The notes beneath the pieces are model-generated. The model searched no databases. It was not told where the DNA came from and saw only the letters and a program-made list of their open reading frames with translations. This document shows, in pieces, positions 33,264 through 47,793 of a DNA stretch of 64,000 nucleotides; position 1 is the stretch's first letter; each line of letters starts with the position of its first letter. The stretch comes from Iphione sp. A-MEVVRFRX5 (lineage: Eukaryota): contig OZ320317.1 of assembly GCA_976226885.1 (NCBI GenBank), forward strand, positions 63,674,001-63,738,000, in the 5' to 3' direction. The position numbers and the translations under genes were made by a program.

Positions 33264-36200
33264 TTACTCTTGATCTTTAGTCCCCGGTTGGTGGTCATGT
33301 AGCAAAAAACGTTTCCAACATTAAACACGATGTAGTTTACAAAACATGTCATAGCCCCCCCCCCTCGCTACGTTGACGCAATGTATACGTCATTGTACTT
33401 CCATTCCGTTTTTCTTGCATTTTGGTTGAGCTAGCGATAATTTAGGATATTATATGCTGATCTCGGGCGCTATATTCTTTTTAGAAGCAAGGCTGTTTCG
33501 GCTGTTTTTTACCTGGTATAATCTTTGCCCTTAGGTGTGTAAAATATAGTTCTAATATAATGCATTCGATTCACTATTAAATTGAATCTCTGAACGTTAA
33601 CCACCGTTTCTTGTTCTGTGATTTGATAGCCATAGTGAGGCCTTGCTATCAGGAGGTCGGATGCATTACTACTCGAATCAGTTATTGTATTTTAGTCAAT
33701 TCTTTTACATAAAACAAAAGATCTCTAAAACTGACTCAGTTGTAGAACTGTTTAATGCTTCTTTATAGTGGCGATAACCCGGGATGTAGAGAATGTAGGG
33801 GGTGTGAGGTTATGGCATTCGACCAAATTCGAAGTATCACTTGGCAAATTAAAGGCGGAATCTGCAAATTCACAGACTAAGTCGGAAAGCATCAAACCAT
33901 ACCCTCGTTATTGTTGGCTCCGGTACGGCGTTGCCTGATGCATGATCGAATGCATTTTGGGGCTGCCGTACTTTTGTCTCAAAAACCTAGTAAGAATCAT
34001 TATGAGACAGGAATGGCTACAGGCTATTATTGAATTTAAATTTCTGGCAAGTGAAAATTGTCCTTATGCCATCATTTGTAGCTACCCCAGTACCTTCTTG
34101 TTTATTGTACATTGTATTTATCAAATGTTTATTGAAAGGTAACTTAAAACTTTCAGAGGAAATTATATGCACAAAATATATTGCCACATGGGTAATATTA
34201 AACATTGCTGGCCTTTCCTGTCCTTTTTATCAGAAACTGAATCATCATTCCCCCCTGGATTTACTATTGCGTTCATACTGCACACCTTGGTTATGTTAGT
34301 GTCTGATACGTAAAATTAGCTTGAAAGCTTCAATGACACCGCTGTTTCTATTATGAATTAATCTATTCTAGTTATGTTAAAGTCCTGGTTGATAAACAAA
34401 TAACTTTTATTTAAAAACAACGCTTTCTGGAAATTGAGAGATTTTGGAGGCTTCCCCAAAGTGGTACATCAGGTATGGAACTATTCTGCAATTCGAGGTC
34501 TTAAACCATTTTTGATTTTAGTGTCTTCCCTATAGCATGGACAATTATGGCGTTTTAGAAACCAAATAGAGCAAAAAGGCAAGTGTCGTCAACAGGAATA
34601 TTCGCATCACCTTCACATATCCGTCAAGTCATCAACATACCCAGCGAGAGGGATGTTGTTGTACTTTTCAGCAAATCGATATGTATTTGAGAAGATGTGC
34701 TTGATTTATAAGAATAGAAGCCAGTGAATCTGACGACGTCTCCCTACCAGTAACAAGGCAAAGCCTCACTCCCTTTGCAGAGGGCATGGCGCCCAGATTT
34801 ATAGCCCGTGTTGGAAGAAAGAATATGCGATCAATCACCGCCTAAAGACACCTTTGAAGGTTTAACATTTGTGCCACAATAGAAACGTCAGAAGGTCGCT
34901 CAATGCCACCCAAAAAATCATGCTTAAGGGCAAAGTTAAAGTCTCATCGAAATTTTCAATCGGGATACTAGATCAGTGTGGGTAGACGAGCCTAAGCCAG
35001 TGTGAAAGTGCAAACATGCGAACTGTTACATGAGGTGCTCCAAACTCATGAACACAGCCAAGTATACCTTCTCCCACACCTCATGAGGGTGTCATTTAAT
35101 TTAAAAGAAACATACTAATGTCATTTGTCGAAGGTTAGTCTGATATCTTAAATATTTGCCATAACTATAAGCTAATGAAGAATATATGCTGTTTAGAGAT
35201 CTCAAGTCCTCACTCTATTAGGTATGAGGTAGCAATTACGTCATCCTGAAGGTACCACGATATCACAGGTACCACTTAAGAGTGTACAATATATTTGCAG
35301 TTTACATTTTATAAAATCACTCAGTACGGAGAATCCTTGATCCCGGATTCATTTCAGCTCATCTGACTTAAGCTGTTGTTAGTACAAGTCAGGAGTCATG
35401 CTTTCATCAGTAACAATACATGTACGTGAGATGGTAGCGCATGTTCCTATAGAGCTTGACCTTTTAAAAACTTATAAACAGAGGCTTTGCCTCCGAAGGT
35501 TATTCCTTTGTCTCTTGCGAGAGGATTATCGTTTTTCAATAGACCATATGGTCAATAGAACATATCAACTTTATCAAAAGGAAAGTATACTTCATAAGTT
35601 TACGAACTTGCTTCCAGGGCACACTCTTCTGTCTTTTATGAGAGGAATTTCTGCTCCGAATACTGGGGTTCTATTTCTAATCTTTTTAATCCTTATCACC
35701 GCCAGAGATATGAAAGGAAAGTGGTACTTTAGAAACGTTTGATATATGCTATGCCCCCAAAGATAAATCCGCCTTTAGGGTTTTTATTCATATGAAAATA
35801 TAGACCCAGAGTGTAGCGGTGTAAAGTTTTAAGATCGATCCGTAAAGTCTATTGAGGGACACCTAGAAAATGATACGGAAAAGCGTGACTGATGTCGATA
35901 GTGTAACTATTCGGTAAAACTGTTACATCAGCATCCGCAATATAATAAAAACAATTTTATTTACAATCTTCCTGTGAGCATCGCTTGTTTTGTAAATCTA
36001 TTCACATTTCTCTGTAGCCGTAAAATTCTATTTTCATTTATAATTCTTATCTTATTCTATTACTCCCAACACAGCGTACGCAACTTACATATTGGTCAAA
36101 GCCGTTAAAATTCTGTATAGTGTATCTGAATTACCAAAGGTCGACCAACAGACTATCTTCCAACAAATCATGTAAAGCGCGTGTAGTAAATTAACATAAA

Positions 36201-37269
36201 GATCAAATGGACCAACTAGCAAGTAATATACATCATACACGCACACACAAGACAATATAAAAAACTAGACTCGTTGTACTCATAAACAGAAAGCTATGTA
36301 ATATAATTCTCTCCTGGAAAAAGAACCTCCCCCCGATGTCATTCAACCGCTTTCTGGTTGCTGTGATGGACAGTGCTCTCAGGTTTGAAGCGTGTTTTTG
36401 TCATATGGTATATCATCCCTGTCTCACCAGGAGACAGCTTGACAAATCAATCAATCAAAATCCTACTCTTTTTTCGCCGTTGTTGGTACTGAGCTCATAT
36501 AGTTTTCCTTCCTGGGCATTCCACGCACATAAATCAGAGTGGGTGCTGAGAAACAATATCCAATCGTCCATATCAAAGTGGACATCTGTGGTTGGGCTAC
36601 CGTAAAGTCTCTAGCAGAAACCGCACCTTTCAGGGCAGACGCCTGAAGTGTTTGAGCGTGTCATTCATTATGTTTTGGCAAGGAATGCACAGTAATAAAG
36701 TAAGAACGTTATTTTGTACTCGGATATAACACTTATGTATTAGTTAAAGTACAAGGACCAGCGATTACAAGATATAATGCACAAGGTGGTGTTAGACCTG
36801 TGTTCATTATAGAACGTGAGCTGGTCCAAGGATTTTAACTGATTTAAACTAACCCTTTCACAACTGTACAATGTGCTGATCCAGTCAAGAAGATTTAGTC
36901 TACAGAGTTGCAGACAAGGTGGCTGTCATGCCTGACCCGCCAGCTCACTGCCACGTTTTTTTTTATGCACAAAGTCACGGCACAATGTCATTGCAACCTG
37001 CCGTAAACCCTCACCCCTAGTCTTTAAGGTTTCTATCTGCCTAGGAGACAGCTGAGGAGGCCATCAACCCCCCTACCCCTAGTGCATTCATATCCTTGAT
37101 TGATTTTTATAGAGAGAGGGAAAAAGGGACTCAGTAGGCCACACAAGCATTGTGAAGGAGACAGCAGTACATTGTAGTCAAGAGAGTAATAGAATGTCCT
37201 TCCCTCTATAATGGAAGAAAGACTGTCATCATTGTGGAAAAAAGAAAGAAATTTGAAAGAGAAGAGACA

Positions 37270-37530
37270 AGGGGTGGTGTGGGGTCTCCCCATATCAAAA
37301 GAAATATTTCTGGATGTTATAGTAGAGATGTATTCAATTCACGAAAAATTGGCAAATATTTCTGGAGGTAGTGGTAAAGATGTGTTTAATTCATGAAAAG
37401 TGCCAAATTTCCTGGGGGGTTGGCTGATGCATTGAATTTATCAAAAGATGGGAATATCTCTGGAGGTCATGTTAAAGATGCATTTAATTCATGAAAATAT
37501 TAGAAAGGGGGGTTTTGGGGTCTCCCCCCC
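37270..37530. repeat. Degenerate ~50-bp tandem repeat (4 units) bracketed by GGGGTCTCCCC
   Basis: Units of the type AAATATTTCTGGAGGT...AAAGATG..TTTAATTCATGAAAA. Confidence 0.6.
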
Positions 37531-39169
37531 ACATTAACAAATTTATGAAGTTTACTTTACTGACAAATTAAACGCATAGCCACACACCATCTTTAACCGT
37601 GCAATGAATGAATGAATTGTGGGCCTATCTCGCACAGCCTTTGTGGTGCAATGGATAGGAGTGCTGATTACATATTGGCTATGTATAGAAAGTCAGGTCA
37701 TCCTGATGACCAGGCTTGAATCTGCACCAAGCCCTTACACATTTCGTCAGGGGAGTTCAAGACAGCAAGACAACAGTCACCATAGCACAGAAACAACAGG
37801 ATGATAACTGGATATAATGGACTAGAGAGATAGGTGATAGGAAGAAAGAGAGAAATGGGTCGTACAGATAGTTTAAAAAAAATTATCAGAGCTGTTTTGA
37901 TTAGAACACCACACCAAAACACAAGAACATGGTATTAAATCAAAGTTGTTGAAACATTTATTAGACTTTATCAGAAAACAGTCTTAGTTGCAGGCATCAT
38001 TATTCATAATGAGCTTTTAATTATGCATTTAATAGTTACGTCTGAGCTTCACCTTGAAGATGGCCTGTTTTCAATATTAATCCTTCTGTCTCGAATGTTG
38101 CACACACGTGAGTTATGTGATGTGAAACTTTCAGAGAACTAGGAGCAAAATGACGATCATCAGGGCCCCTTCTCATACTTGTGTCTGGAGATAACAGCTA
38201 ACCTCTAGGGGAGCATGGTGCTGGGTTCCAAGCTTTACATAGCAGTTCTGAGCTGATGTAAACAATCAAAATGCACCACTAGACTGGTACACAGCTTTCA
38301 AAATCTACTTTGCGTCCCACTCAAACCACTGATCAGTTTTGAGGGTAACCGACCATGATGAAATTTACCTTATTACTTAGTCCCCGATGGCGTGTGGCTA
38401 TAGTGGGTATAAAGCTACAGGTCTGCGGGTGCTATACAGGCCTGTCTATCCATGGACTGGCCAGGGTGACAAGTCCAGGCCATACCAGCTCCCACCGATT
38501 AGAGGCTTGTGGCCAGTTTGACTCCCAACTGGCACGTGAATGTTCAGAGGCAGTCGTTAGAGTTACGGGGTGGTCAATAATGCTGTTCCAGCTCCCATGA
38601 CCAATCTTTAGGCGTCACTTATACTACAGCTCCCTGCTCATCACAATCAGGTCCTTGCTTGACTGTTCCTAGGGGCGAACTGTTCTGATATTCTAGACTG
38701 CCCCTTGTATCATGCGTATCATGTGCACCTACAAGCAGATAAACTAAGGCATCTGTATCTGATGACGTTACATTGATGGTATCCTGCATAATTGATCCGT
38801 TACTTTTCTGGTGTCAATTTTGTATTGCACTTTAATCTGTACAGTCCTCACAATTGTACCATGATAGCTCTGTCTGACAGAGATGTCAATAAAATTATTC
38901 TTATTCTTATATTCATTATCAACTATGATATCTTCTTACAAAAGGAGAATTTTGCTTCGATATGTCATCTTATTGTCAACTGTATATAGGACACGAAGAA
39001 GAAGTAGAAGAAGAAAAACAAGAAGAAGAAGTAGGATACACTCAGCACGATACATTATATCCAGCTAACTGCACTGTGACATTGTCACAGTTTTTGTGAA
39101 ATTGAGACTTAAACCCAGCCTTTCACTTTTTTCATGAGTGGCGTTCACTGGAATTTGCTTGTGCCTTTC

Positions 39170-39609
39170 TGAGGTAGCTATGAACACTGTATAATCTGTG
39201 TATCTGGGGTTGTTTAGATTCTGCCCTCCTATCCTAATGTCAGTTCAGATGTCAGAATCTTTTACTTCTCTCATGATGATTTTGCTGTGCAGGTAGGGCA
39301 GATCCAGAGAAAGAATGCAACCGTGTGTAACTCCCCTTATCCTTTCATCCTCTCTTACTGTCTAAAGTCATTTTCATATCGTCCTGCTGCAGTTTGATTC
39401 AAGTATAGGTACTTTATCTAGAGGTTTTTACCATCTATGCGTATGGATTGGAGTATTTTCATGAATTCTTCATGCATGACAGTGTTGAATGTTTTAGTGT
39501 AGCAAATGAAACATAAATGTAGGTCTTGCTGCATCTCAATTACTGCATCTATGGTGGTTCTAAGGATGTAACAACGTACATTTGATGCTCCTTGGTTGTT
39601 TTTCAGCAA
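39170..39609 (-). mobile_element. RTE-clade LINE reverse transcriptase remnant
   Basis: ILRTTIDAVIEMQQDLHLCFICYTKTFNTVMHEEFMKILQ...RGVTHGCILS...RIGGQNLNNPRYTDYTVFIA matches decayed RTE RT motifs (CFIDY.KAFD, RGVRQGC.LSP, NNLRYADD). Confidence 0.82.
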
Positions 39610-40589
39610 TTAGTTTGATTTTGTTCCTGGTTCTAGACATGTTTACCCTCAGTAAAATATTTGTCATGCAGCTGAGCAGACTGTGCTGTCCACACCCTGT
39701 AGCTCCTGGTAATTTGGTAATTTGGGAAGTGCTATGTAGCACAAAGCAAACACCACAAGTCAGGTTCGTTTCTGCCTTTTATTCTTCTCAGCGTAGATGG
39801 TTACAGCAGGTCTGCATCTTCACATCAACCAAGGGCGAGTCCGACTACAGCTTGGGACTGTTTCGTTTACATACCTTGTTCGCTATCATTAAATCTTTAT
39901 TTAGTAGCGTCAACCGGACATAGTCATTTACCATATGTCCGACAAGACAATAAGCCATTAAGTTCTAAGTTTTCATGATGTCACTAGTGCCCAGCCTCCA
40001 GGGTCGTGTTAGATATTTTCTGATGAGGACAACATTAAACCCTCATGTGAACAAAGTGGCAGAAAACAGAGTTGAGCTCTGGTTTTGCTGATAGAAAAAA
40101 CTGCGTTCTCAAAAGGGACAAACAAATTTGTTGTCCATCACATGTTACTTTGTAGTAGGCTTGCTTTACAGTCCTTTTAACTATACACTGTACATAATAT
40201 GTCCGACACAATTATTATTAGTAAAAGAACAGTGTCATAATACCCAAACTATCCCTTTTAAGGACAGTGGCCTTGCCAATATTTTCGTCATCATGTTCAA
40301 AACTGTGTTACAGCTACAAATATTGACCTGTATAGATCCTCAGTAATGATTCCTTTGTTATAGATTCTATACAGTAGGTATGTTATTTTGTCTATTCCAA
40401 ATTCCTTTATTGGCTATATTATTTCATTGAAATGTTAACTGGAAATGAAGCTCTCTCATCGTTAATGTTGTTCGGCACATATCTTACTCCATCTTTTATT
40501 ATCACTGGTCCATCATTAGTATATCTTATGGCACAGGATTCATTTCTGTCACTGTTGTATGGCTTTTTTTAATATGTCCTGACCATCTT

Positions 40590-41000
40590 GTCATTATTTT
40601 GTCCTTTTCTGTAGTGCGTTTTCCTCGTCCTAAATTCATACATCATGTCAATGAGTATGATTCATTTATGCTCAGTTGATATATTTCTTTCTGAATTCTT
40701 TTATTCCTTTGTTAACCACTCCTCGTTGGCTTTCACCTTTACATTTGATTTCTTTATGCATACGCTTTGTATTTATTCTGATTGTTTGTGTTCTCTGAAT
40801 GTTTGCTTCATTAGTTCCAGTATTGGAGGTGCCATCCAGTCCTTTTTCGCTTCTTGTCACAGTGATGGTATTACTTTGTTTGCAGTTGATGTTATAGAGT
40901 CCCTCTATTGTTCAAGTTGTTGGCTAACGCTATCTATATCTTCCAGTTCCTGAAAATTATTTCTCACCTTTACCTTTTCTGTCCTTGAATATTTGCGTCT
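40590..41000 (-). mobile_element. RTE-type endonuclease-RT linker remnant, probably the same element as 39170-39609
   Basis: Broken frames give ANKVIPSL..EAKKDWMAPPILELMKQ...KVKANEEWL, resembling the KxWM..EILELM...AKEEWL linker of RTE LINEs. Confidence 0.5.
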
Positions 41001-44000
41001 GACCTCATTCACTGTACGCTGAATTTAGGATATTTCTCATATATGCATCCAGAGTAACACCTACTCATCTAACTGTGATATTTTTGAACTCCACCTATCA
41101 GAATCTCTCACATCTTAAATGCAAAGTCGACACTCAGGTAACGACCAACCACCGGGGTAGACTACCCAAGATGACCACTTTCTGGCAGAACTGACCTTTT
41201 TTCTGTACTTAAGCTATATAAAACGTCCTCACGAAGGCAAACACTTAGCTGGGGCAACCAAGCGCCTCAGGCATACATCATTTTAAAAAGCTAAAAAGGC
41301 ATGTATCACTCATGGAGGTGACTGCCCAAACTGAAAGAGGCATGCTTGTTGCCCCTTTGAAGGGGATGCCCCCCCTTGCTTGTTCGCACCACCTCCAGGA
41401 GGCATGTTTCTCGACCTTTAGAAGGTATACACACCAGGGAGAGGTGCAAATTTGCTCCCCACATCTGAAGGAAGTTCCGGCTGCCCTGGAGGATTGTATC
41501 TTGTGCCTCCCCCAACTCATTTTGTCTCTGAAGTTAATCTATACATCCTTTGCTTGTTGCTCTCCCACTCATTCTGAAATAGAGACATTACTTCGTGTTT
41601 CGTTTTTCTTGTTTCTTCGTCTCCTTTTCCTTTATCCTGTCTACTCTAATTTTTCCGCCCTCCTTCCGTTTTACGCCAGCTGTTGACCTTCATATCTCTT
41701 TCTGGCTTCTTATCCACTTTCTATAATGCCCTTCTTCCCCCACCTTTCTCTTCCTTCCTTCGAACAAGCTCTGTTCCCCCTCAGAATAATCAAAGCTAAC
41801 CTTAAGGATCTGCCCACTAAACTGGACCTGTTTGATATAGCAGTGCTAAGGTGTCAAACAACCTGCTCTTGGTGGGTCTTTTGATCTCTGAGGAGTTTGT
41901 CACAAAAACTGGAGGCCTCAATAGTGGGAACCAGTCACGCATATATATTGTAACGTGACTAGCGTAGAGAGAAATGAGAAGTCAACAGACCGAGTAAAAA
42001 TAATCTTAAGAAAAAGTAGAATATAAGTTTCACTCCAATATACACTAAATCGTTGTGCATGGAATGGTCTCTCTCGTGTGTGCAAAGAGAAAGGGTCTGT
42101 TTATTCCAGAAAACATGGGTTTATATATGACAGTGTTACATAAGAGTTGCTAAAAATAGGATGTCTAGACACCTGCTTATGCGCAGCAAATAAACAGTCC
42201 GCAAAGTACCCTTACTACGCAGCATCACAATCCGTGAGATACCTCTACTACGCAATAACTCTACTGGTCCGGAAGTCGTCACGGATCGCACCCTATCCCG
42301 GATTGCGGATTCCGTTACGGACCATTCTCACGGACCAACCATCTCACTAGCACTATACGCTCTTATGACATGCATACGCTACAATATGTCACTGATGTAC
42401 TATGGCACACAAATATACGTGGGTGATTCCACCAACAGATGTACCAGTGGTATTTTCTGGGGTTATTAAAAACTACAGGAAGAAATCATTTCGTAGTGCT
42501 AAGAGAATTATCACAGCTTCCACGTATCCCCTAGACCAAGCCATAGCAAAAAAGATAGATGAAATATGAAATATGATTTACACTACAAAAATACAATCAT
42601 GGAAAATACATTTTGGTGGAATTGCTAACCGATATAGGCATTCACAGGCTCAGAGTAAATAACCTAATTCTGTATATCAAGATCGCCTATTTAAACAATC
42701 TGATTGGCGGCGTCACATGAATAGAAGATAATGCAGCATACTAGGAGTTATGATTGCGTGTTGGAGAAGAAACAAAGAGAAATATGCGTCATTCGTCATT
42801 GTTTTTGGACTCAGTGATATTCAATTTAGTTTTTCTGAACTGCTCTTCTTACTGTGCCAATTTTTCACGGTATTTTGCAGCATACGCTTAAGATGTATCT
42901 GCATACACACGTATAGGTGTACATGCATCCATGCATAACTGTCGTGTCATACTCAGCTTTCCATCTTTCCTTTTGTCCTTTTGTCGCGGTCACTGCTGGC
43001 ATAGGTTTTTTCCCATCGTATTGTACTTCTGCACCTGACACTCTCCCATTAAGGTTTGTCAATACTATCTTACGTCAAAGCTCCTTTTAGTGATGATGAT
43101 TCACAATACGTTTGTTGTATGTAAACGTACGTGAAAAAAGTGTGGGTGGCAGTTCTTTTCCTTTGTTTCCTGACACGTTTTCCTTATTGTTTAGAAGCAA
43201 TGAACGAACACTGAAATATGGCGGTTCATTTCCAAAGGCGTAAGATTCGTTCCTCCTTTAGCTAATATTTATTCCATTCCTACCTAACACTGCTCAGACT
43301 GTTTTTATGGTAGGTAAAGTACGATTTCGATTATGTAGGCAACATTCCAGTAAACAATCGAGATTATAATGTTTTTTTTATTCCCGTTAAGTGCAAAATA
43401 ATTCCATTCAATAAGAACACACGTAGACATTTCAGTAACAAGTATTGCTGCCTTTATGGAAACTTAGTGATCTGTTTGCACGGTGAAGAAAATAGCTGGA
43501 ATTAAGCTTAAGACGTTTCCGCGTTAATCCCGAAATAATTGACAGACACCACAGCATTTCGGAGGATAAGTAATTCCACGTACTGGGGAAGATACTTAGC
43601 GAGTATATGCCCTCTTCCCTGGTGACGTATCGGATCACTCCTGGGCACTACGAGGTTTAGCTAGGACGGACTAAATCGCCTTTTCAATGCTAATTATGCA
43701 GGATGCATAGCCACTTCCAATTTTTGTATCATTCTCCAAATACTATTCCACCTCAATATACCATCAAATTTCCGTATGTATGTATGTATATAATGTTGTT
43801 TGAAATCATCAATTGTTAGTCCAGCTATCTGGTTTACACTTGCGATTGTTCCATTCCTTTTTCACCACGTTTTTAGTGCTTTTTATTACGATTTCTTTCT
43901 TCAAGGTGATAACCTCAAATGTATCCATTTCTTCTTGTCTTCTATCCACTATAACCTCTTTCTTCACATAATACCTCTGTTCTCATGGTGGTAAATAACC

Positions 44001-45965
44001 CCTGATGGCCCCAAATCCTCGTATCAGTGTATGCAGTATTACATTGTTTTTAACCAATTACATTTTTATTTTTCCCTGTAAATCCCTTAATTGTTGGTGT
44101 TAGATCCCTTCCAAACTCTTGTTTTGTTATACTTAAACCTTTTGTACAATTTTCTTCCTTGTATTTCCGTACTTCATAGAGTGATCTTCTGAACATAATC
44201 GCTATGCCCAGCGTACAGTTGGTAAATCGTTGGTAGCTCCCTTCCGGATCATATTTTCTTTCAAGCGAAAGGTCCATTGTCAGGGTGACACAGCCCACAA
44301 AGGGACAGCCCTCAAGAAAAAAAAACATATGAGTAGAAATAAATATGTGCTGGACAACCGAGGGAAATAGCTGCACCTACTCAGGGACCGCAACCTTCCG
44401 GATATAAATGTGACGAATGCCGCACGTGACGTCACAATCGACCGTTTCTTTTCTCGCCCGTATGCATCATGTGACACGCGTTTTTGTGAGAGACGGCATA
44501 TCATCGCGGCAGGTACGAACATTGTATCGAAATGTCACAATCACTCCGATCGTCACAATGAAACCAATTTGCACGCTCCTGATGTCGTTGCGGATAGCTG
44601 GAATTTTGTTTGGCGGGGAACCTTCGTCGGCTTGTCGTCTGCCAGGCGTACATATCCTGAAAGCGTGACATTAAAGTAGGAAAATTAGGCCCTTTTTATT
44701 AAAGAATCGTTCTGATTTAAACTGAATGTAGAATGCCATCGGATGCAAATTATATTTTCATTCTAAAGCATTTGTCTTTAATAGGGTTTTCAGTGTAGTT
44801 TAAGAGAAAACCAAATTAAGTTATGGGACGTAAATGACGCAAACCAACTGAGCCTCCTGGAGATACGAGTTCTTTCTTCCTTGGAACAGAGCAATCGAGC
44901 AAACTGGATGAAGTTTTAAGTATAGTGCGAATAAGGGGATAGTTCCTAATTTATCTCATTCATTTAGTTTTTGCATTCCACTCGAAAAATAAAGCAAATG
45001 TGTTGTACATGCATACACGTGCTTGCACATGACAAAAGAAACACTTATCGTCCTCGTCCTACTCATACGTTGTATACCCAAGTAGCATTTATGTATAGAG
45101 TTGACCAAGTAACATTTACACGTGACAATGAATTTCTGAATAAAGGTGTTTTTATATACAGATATACCTCTGATAATGAAGTAGACATGTTCCTGCATTT
45201 TACTTCATTTGCTCTTCGCATAGTATGAGAGAGTGGACAGTGAGGAAGGGAGGAAAGTAGAATGACAGCACTAGAGGCGGAAAAGAAGGGATTCAGAAAG
45301 GAAAACCACTAATAAAGACAAAAAGAACCGCTGGGGTAGACGGAGAGACAGTAGGTTTGAAACAGAGAGAAAGAAGAGAGCCACAAGGACAGAGCCAGAG
45401 AAAGAGAAAACGAAACGGAGAGGAGGCACAAAAATAGAATGTAGTCAGGATGAAAGCCAGAGGTGTAGCACGTCAGAGAACCCCCTCGAGGAGGCGCTGT
45501 GTTCGGCGGGCCGGCGAGGACACGTGAACGATGTATAACACTTGAGGAAAGTATTGATAAGAAATCCCACGCTGGTTGAGTGGTACGACGTCTCCAGCAG
45601 AGGTAATCAATAGTCTTGTCTCCTAGAGATAAGAAGCCTCGCCTCTTATCTGACAAATGCTATCTCTAGTAGTCACCCCATCCCCATGCAACCTTAGGGC
45701 GCATGCGTGGGCGTTGTGTTGTAACTTCCGGACAACTCTCGTAAGGTTGATTCTGACTGGTTAGTTGTCTTGGACGTGTTTTCAAGACGTATACTTCTTA
45801 AACCAAGGGGAGTCTATTTTTCGCTTCTTCTAGCTGTAATATTTTGTCCAGAACTATAACTTTGCGTTGGTCAATAAACGACCAATCGGCAATAAACGAT
45901 GAAATCATGTTTACTGAATGTTTTCAGCAAATACACTCAGGAGTAAGGTTTGGCAGTTTGCTCTT

Positions 45966-46320
45966 GACTGGGTGGTGAGTTGGCAAGGTGCTTACTAGCA
46001 CTGGTCCGCTGATTGAGAGGTCAGAGGTTCAATCCTGGGTCTGGGACTCTTGATCATGACCAGACAGAGTTACTGTAGCCCAAACCCAGAGTGGTCCACA
46101 ACTTGTAGTATATTCTGTGGGTCTATAGGATTCTGTCTGCTAAGCATAAAAAGACAATAGAAACTTGCTTGGAATAAGAGTAAGGGACAACCATCAACAT
46201 TCTGGTCTCCCAGTTCTCAATAAAAGATGGTAGTATGCTACCCAAGGAAGCTATGAAAAACAGCTTAAATGATAGCTGAATATCTAATTCCTGGTTAAAG
46301 ATACCATAAAAATGAAAAAT
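45966..46320 (+). mobile_element. tRNA-derived SINE, copy A
   Basis: B-box GGTTCAATCC at 46026; body colinear with 55421-55770 (GGGACTCTTRATCATGA..CAGACAGA..TGTAGCCC..ACCCAGAGT.GTCCACAACTTG..GCATAAAAAGAC); A-rich tail. Confidence 0.8.
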
Positions 46321-47289
46321 GAATACAATGTGCATGCCTTACTGATCAGCGAAATGATAATACAACATTAGAATTATCTTTGCTTGCTGTGACTCACAAC
46401 AACCCAACTAATAGTTTACAGATATCAAGGTAATAACAAATGTCAGGGTTGATGGTATTATTGGTAATTTTCTATGTAGGAAAGCCTAGGAAAACTTACT
46501 TAAGTTTTTTATAATTGTATTTTGAATCACCCGGTCCCAGGAGTATAAGGTATATAATCAATGCTCATTGGAAATTTAATGAAAAAATTCTCACTATGCA
46601 GTGTTTCACCTCAAATCTCTTGGTACGTATTCACCAGGAACTCAAGAGAACACGTGTTTTATTTCTTCGCCCACACCAATTTTCTTCTTCGGAGGAAATC
46701 TCCTTTTCATTTTAACCATTCTGCACTAACTTTCTGAAGGGAATAGAGACTTCCACAAAATTCTTTGATAATTTCAAACGTAAATGTTAAGTGTCAAGAA
46801 AATGTAAGAAAACCGCATCGCCTGACCTTTCTTGTATTTATATTTGTATTTGTATTTCTTTAATCACCAATCTCCATGTACACAGAGGTCTCCTTTGAGA
46901 TAGTCGGACACTATACAGTAGCTTGATTACTCGATTGAAAGAGATAATTGTTGTAAAAAGTGAAAACATGAAACTCAGGACATTGTACAATCACAGAAAA
47001 CGGAACAGATCGCATGTTGACAAGTTTGTATATACCGAGTATTACATGGTTAACAAGTTCAAGTAAATGGTGAACAATAAGATGATAGATGAGTCCAGTG
47101 TGACTCGAAAAGATTGACTAGCGGGTTATGAAGTTGTTGTCATGCACACGGTAAGGACTTAACAAGTAGTAGACCACCATGCAAATGCAAAGGCTACAAA
47201 GCATCCAGAACCGTGTACTAACACTTTTACATAAAAGATTTTATGGCACGAGCCACATCAGCAATGCAGGCAGGCATCTTTTATAGCAT

Positions 47290-47793
47290 CTATCTTAACT
47301 GCAGAAAAGACAAGGTGTTTCCATACTAGATCTAATGTTTAGGTCAATTCCATTATGTATAGTGAGCCAAAGAGATGCGAACCTATTTCCCACTAGGCTT
47401 AATGATGGTATCATCTTAGTTCCTCAAGCCAAAACAAGTAAAATATATAAATCAATAAGCTATATAGGTCCTAAACTATGGAATGACCTTGGTCCTATTG
47501 TTAGAAACATTATTGAGAGAAAGGACTTCTTGTCCATGTGTAAGATATCTATGATGTAAATTTGACGATATCTCATCTGATTCATCCCAGACATTTTCAC
47601 CTGACCTTTTAACACATCAATCTTCTTCTATCAATGTACATACTATAAGAATGTATTCATATCATCTCATCCAATCATCCCTTTTCTCCTTTAATCATTC
47701 AGTTGAAAAGATGTAAATATTCCTCTGTACGAATACCACCATCGTCATGGCAAATAGATGGAAATAAATTGTTTTTGATTCTGATTCTGATTC
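47290..47793 (+). mobile_element. 3' end of a CR1/L2-group LINE
   Basis: ORF2 C-terminal signature LVPQAKTSKIYKSISYIGPKLWNDL; AATAAA at 47763 followed by a (GATTCT)n tail. Confidence 0.78.

Noticed and set aside
37636-37730. tRNA-like sequence (TGGTGCAATGG ... GCTTGAATC)
   Set aside because: It does not fold into a cloverleaf and the box spacing is too long; at most a decayed SINE head, not a tRNA gene.
38300-38700. GC-richer segment resembling a non-LTR retroelement 5' UTR
   Set aside because: No diagnostic motif, and it lies downstream rather than upstream of the minus-strand RTE remnant.
43586-43619. GGGAAGA...TCTTCCC stem with an inner TACT/AGTA hairpin
   Set aside because: A 7-bp stem is expected by chance in 64 kb; no ncRNA family features.
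45966-46040. tRNA gene calls at the SINE heads (also 55421-55490)
   Set aside because: They continue into a shared ~270-bp SINE body and lack an intact acceptor stem.
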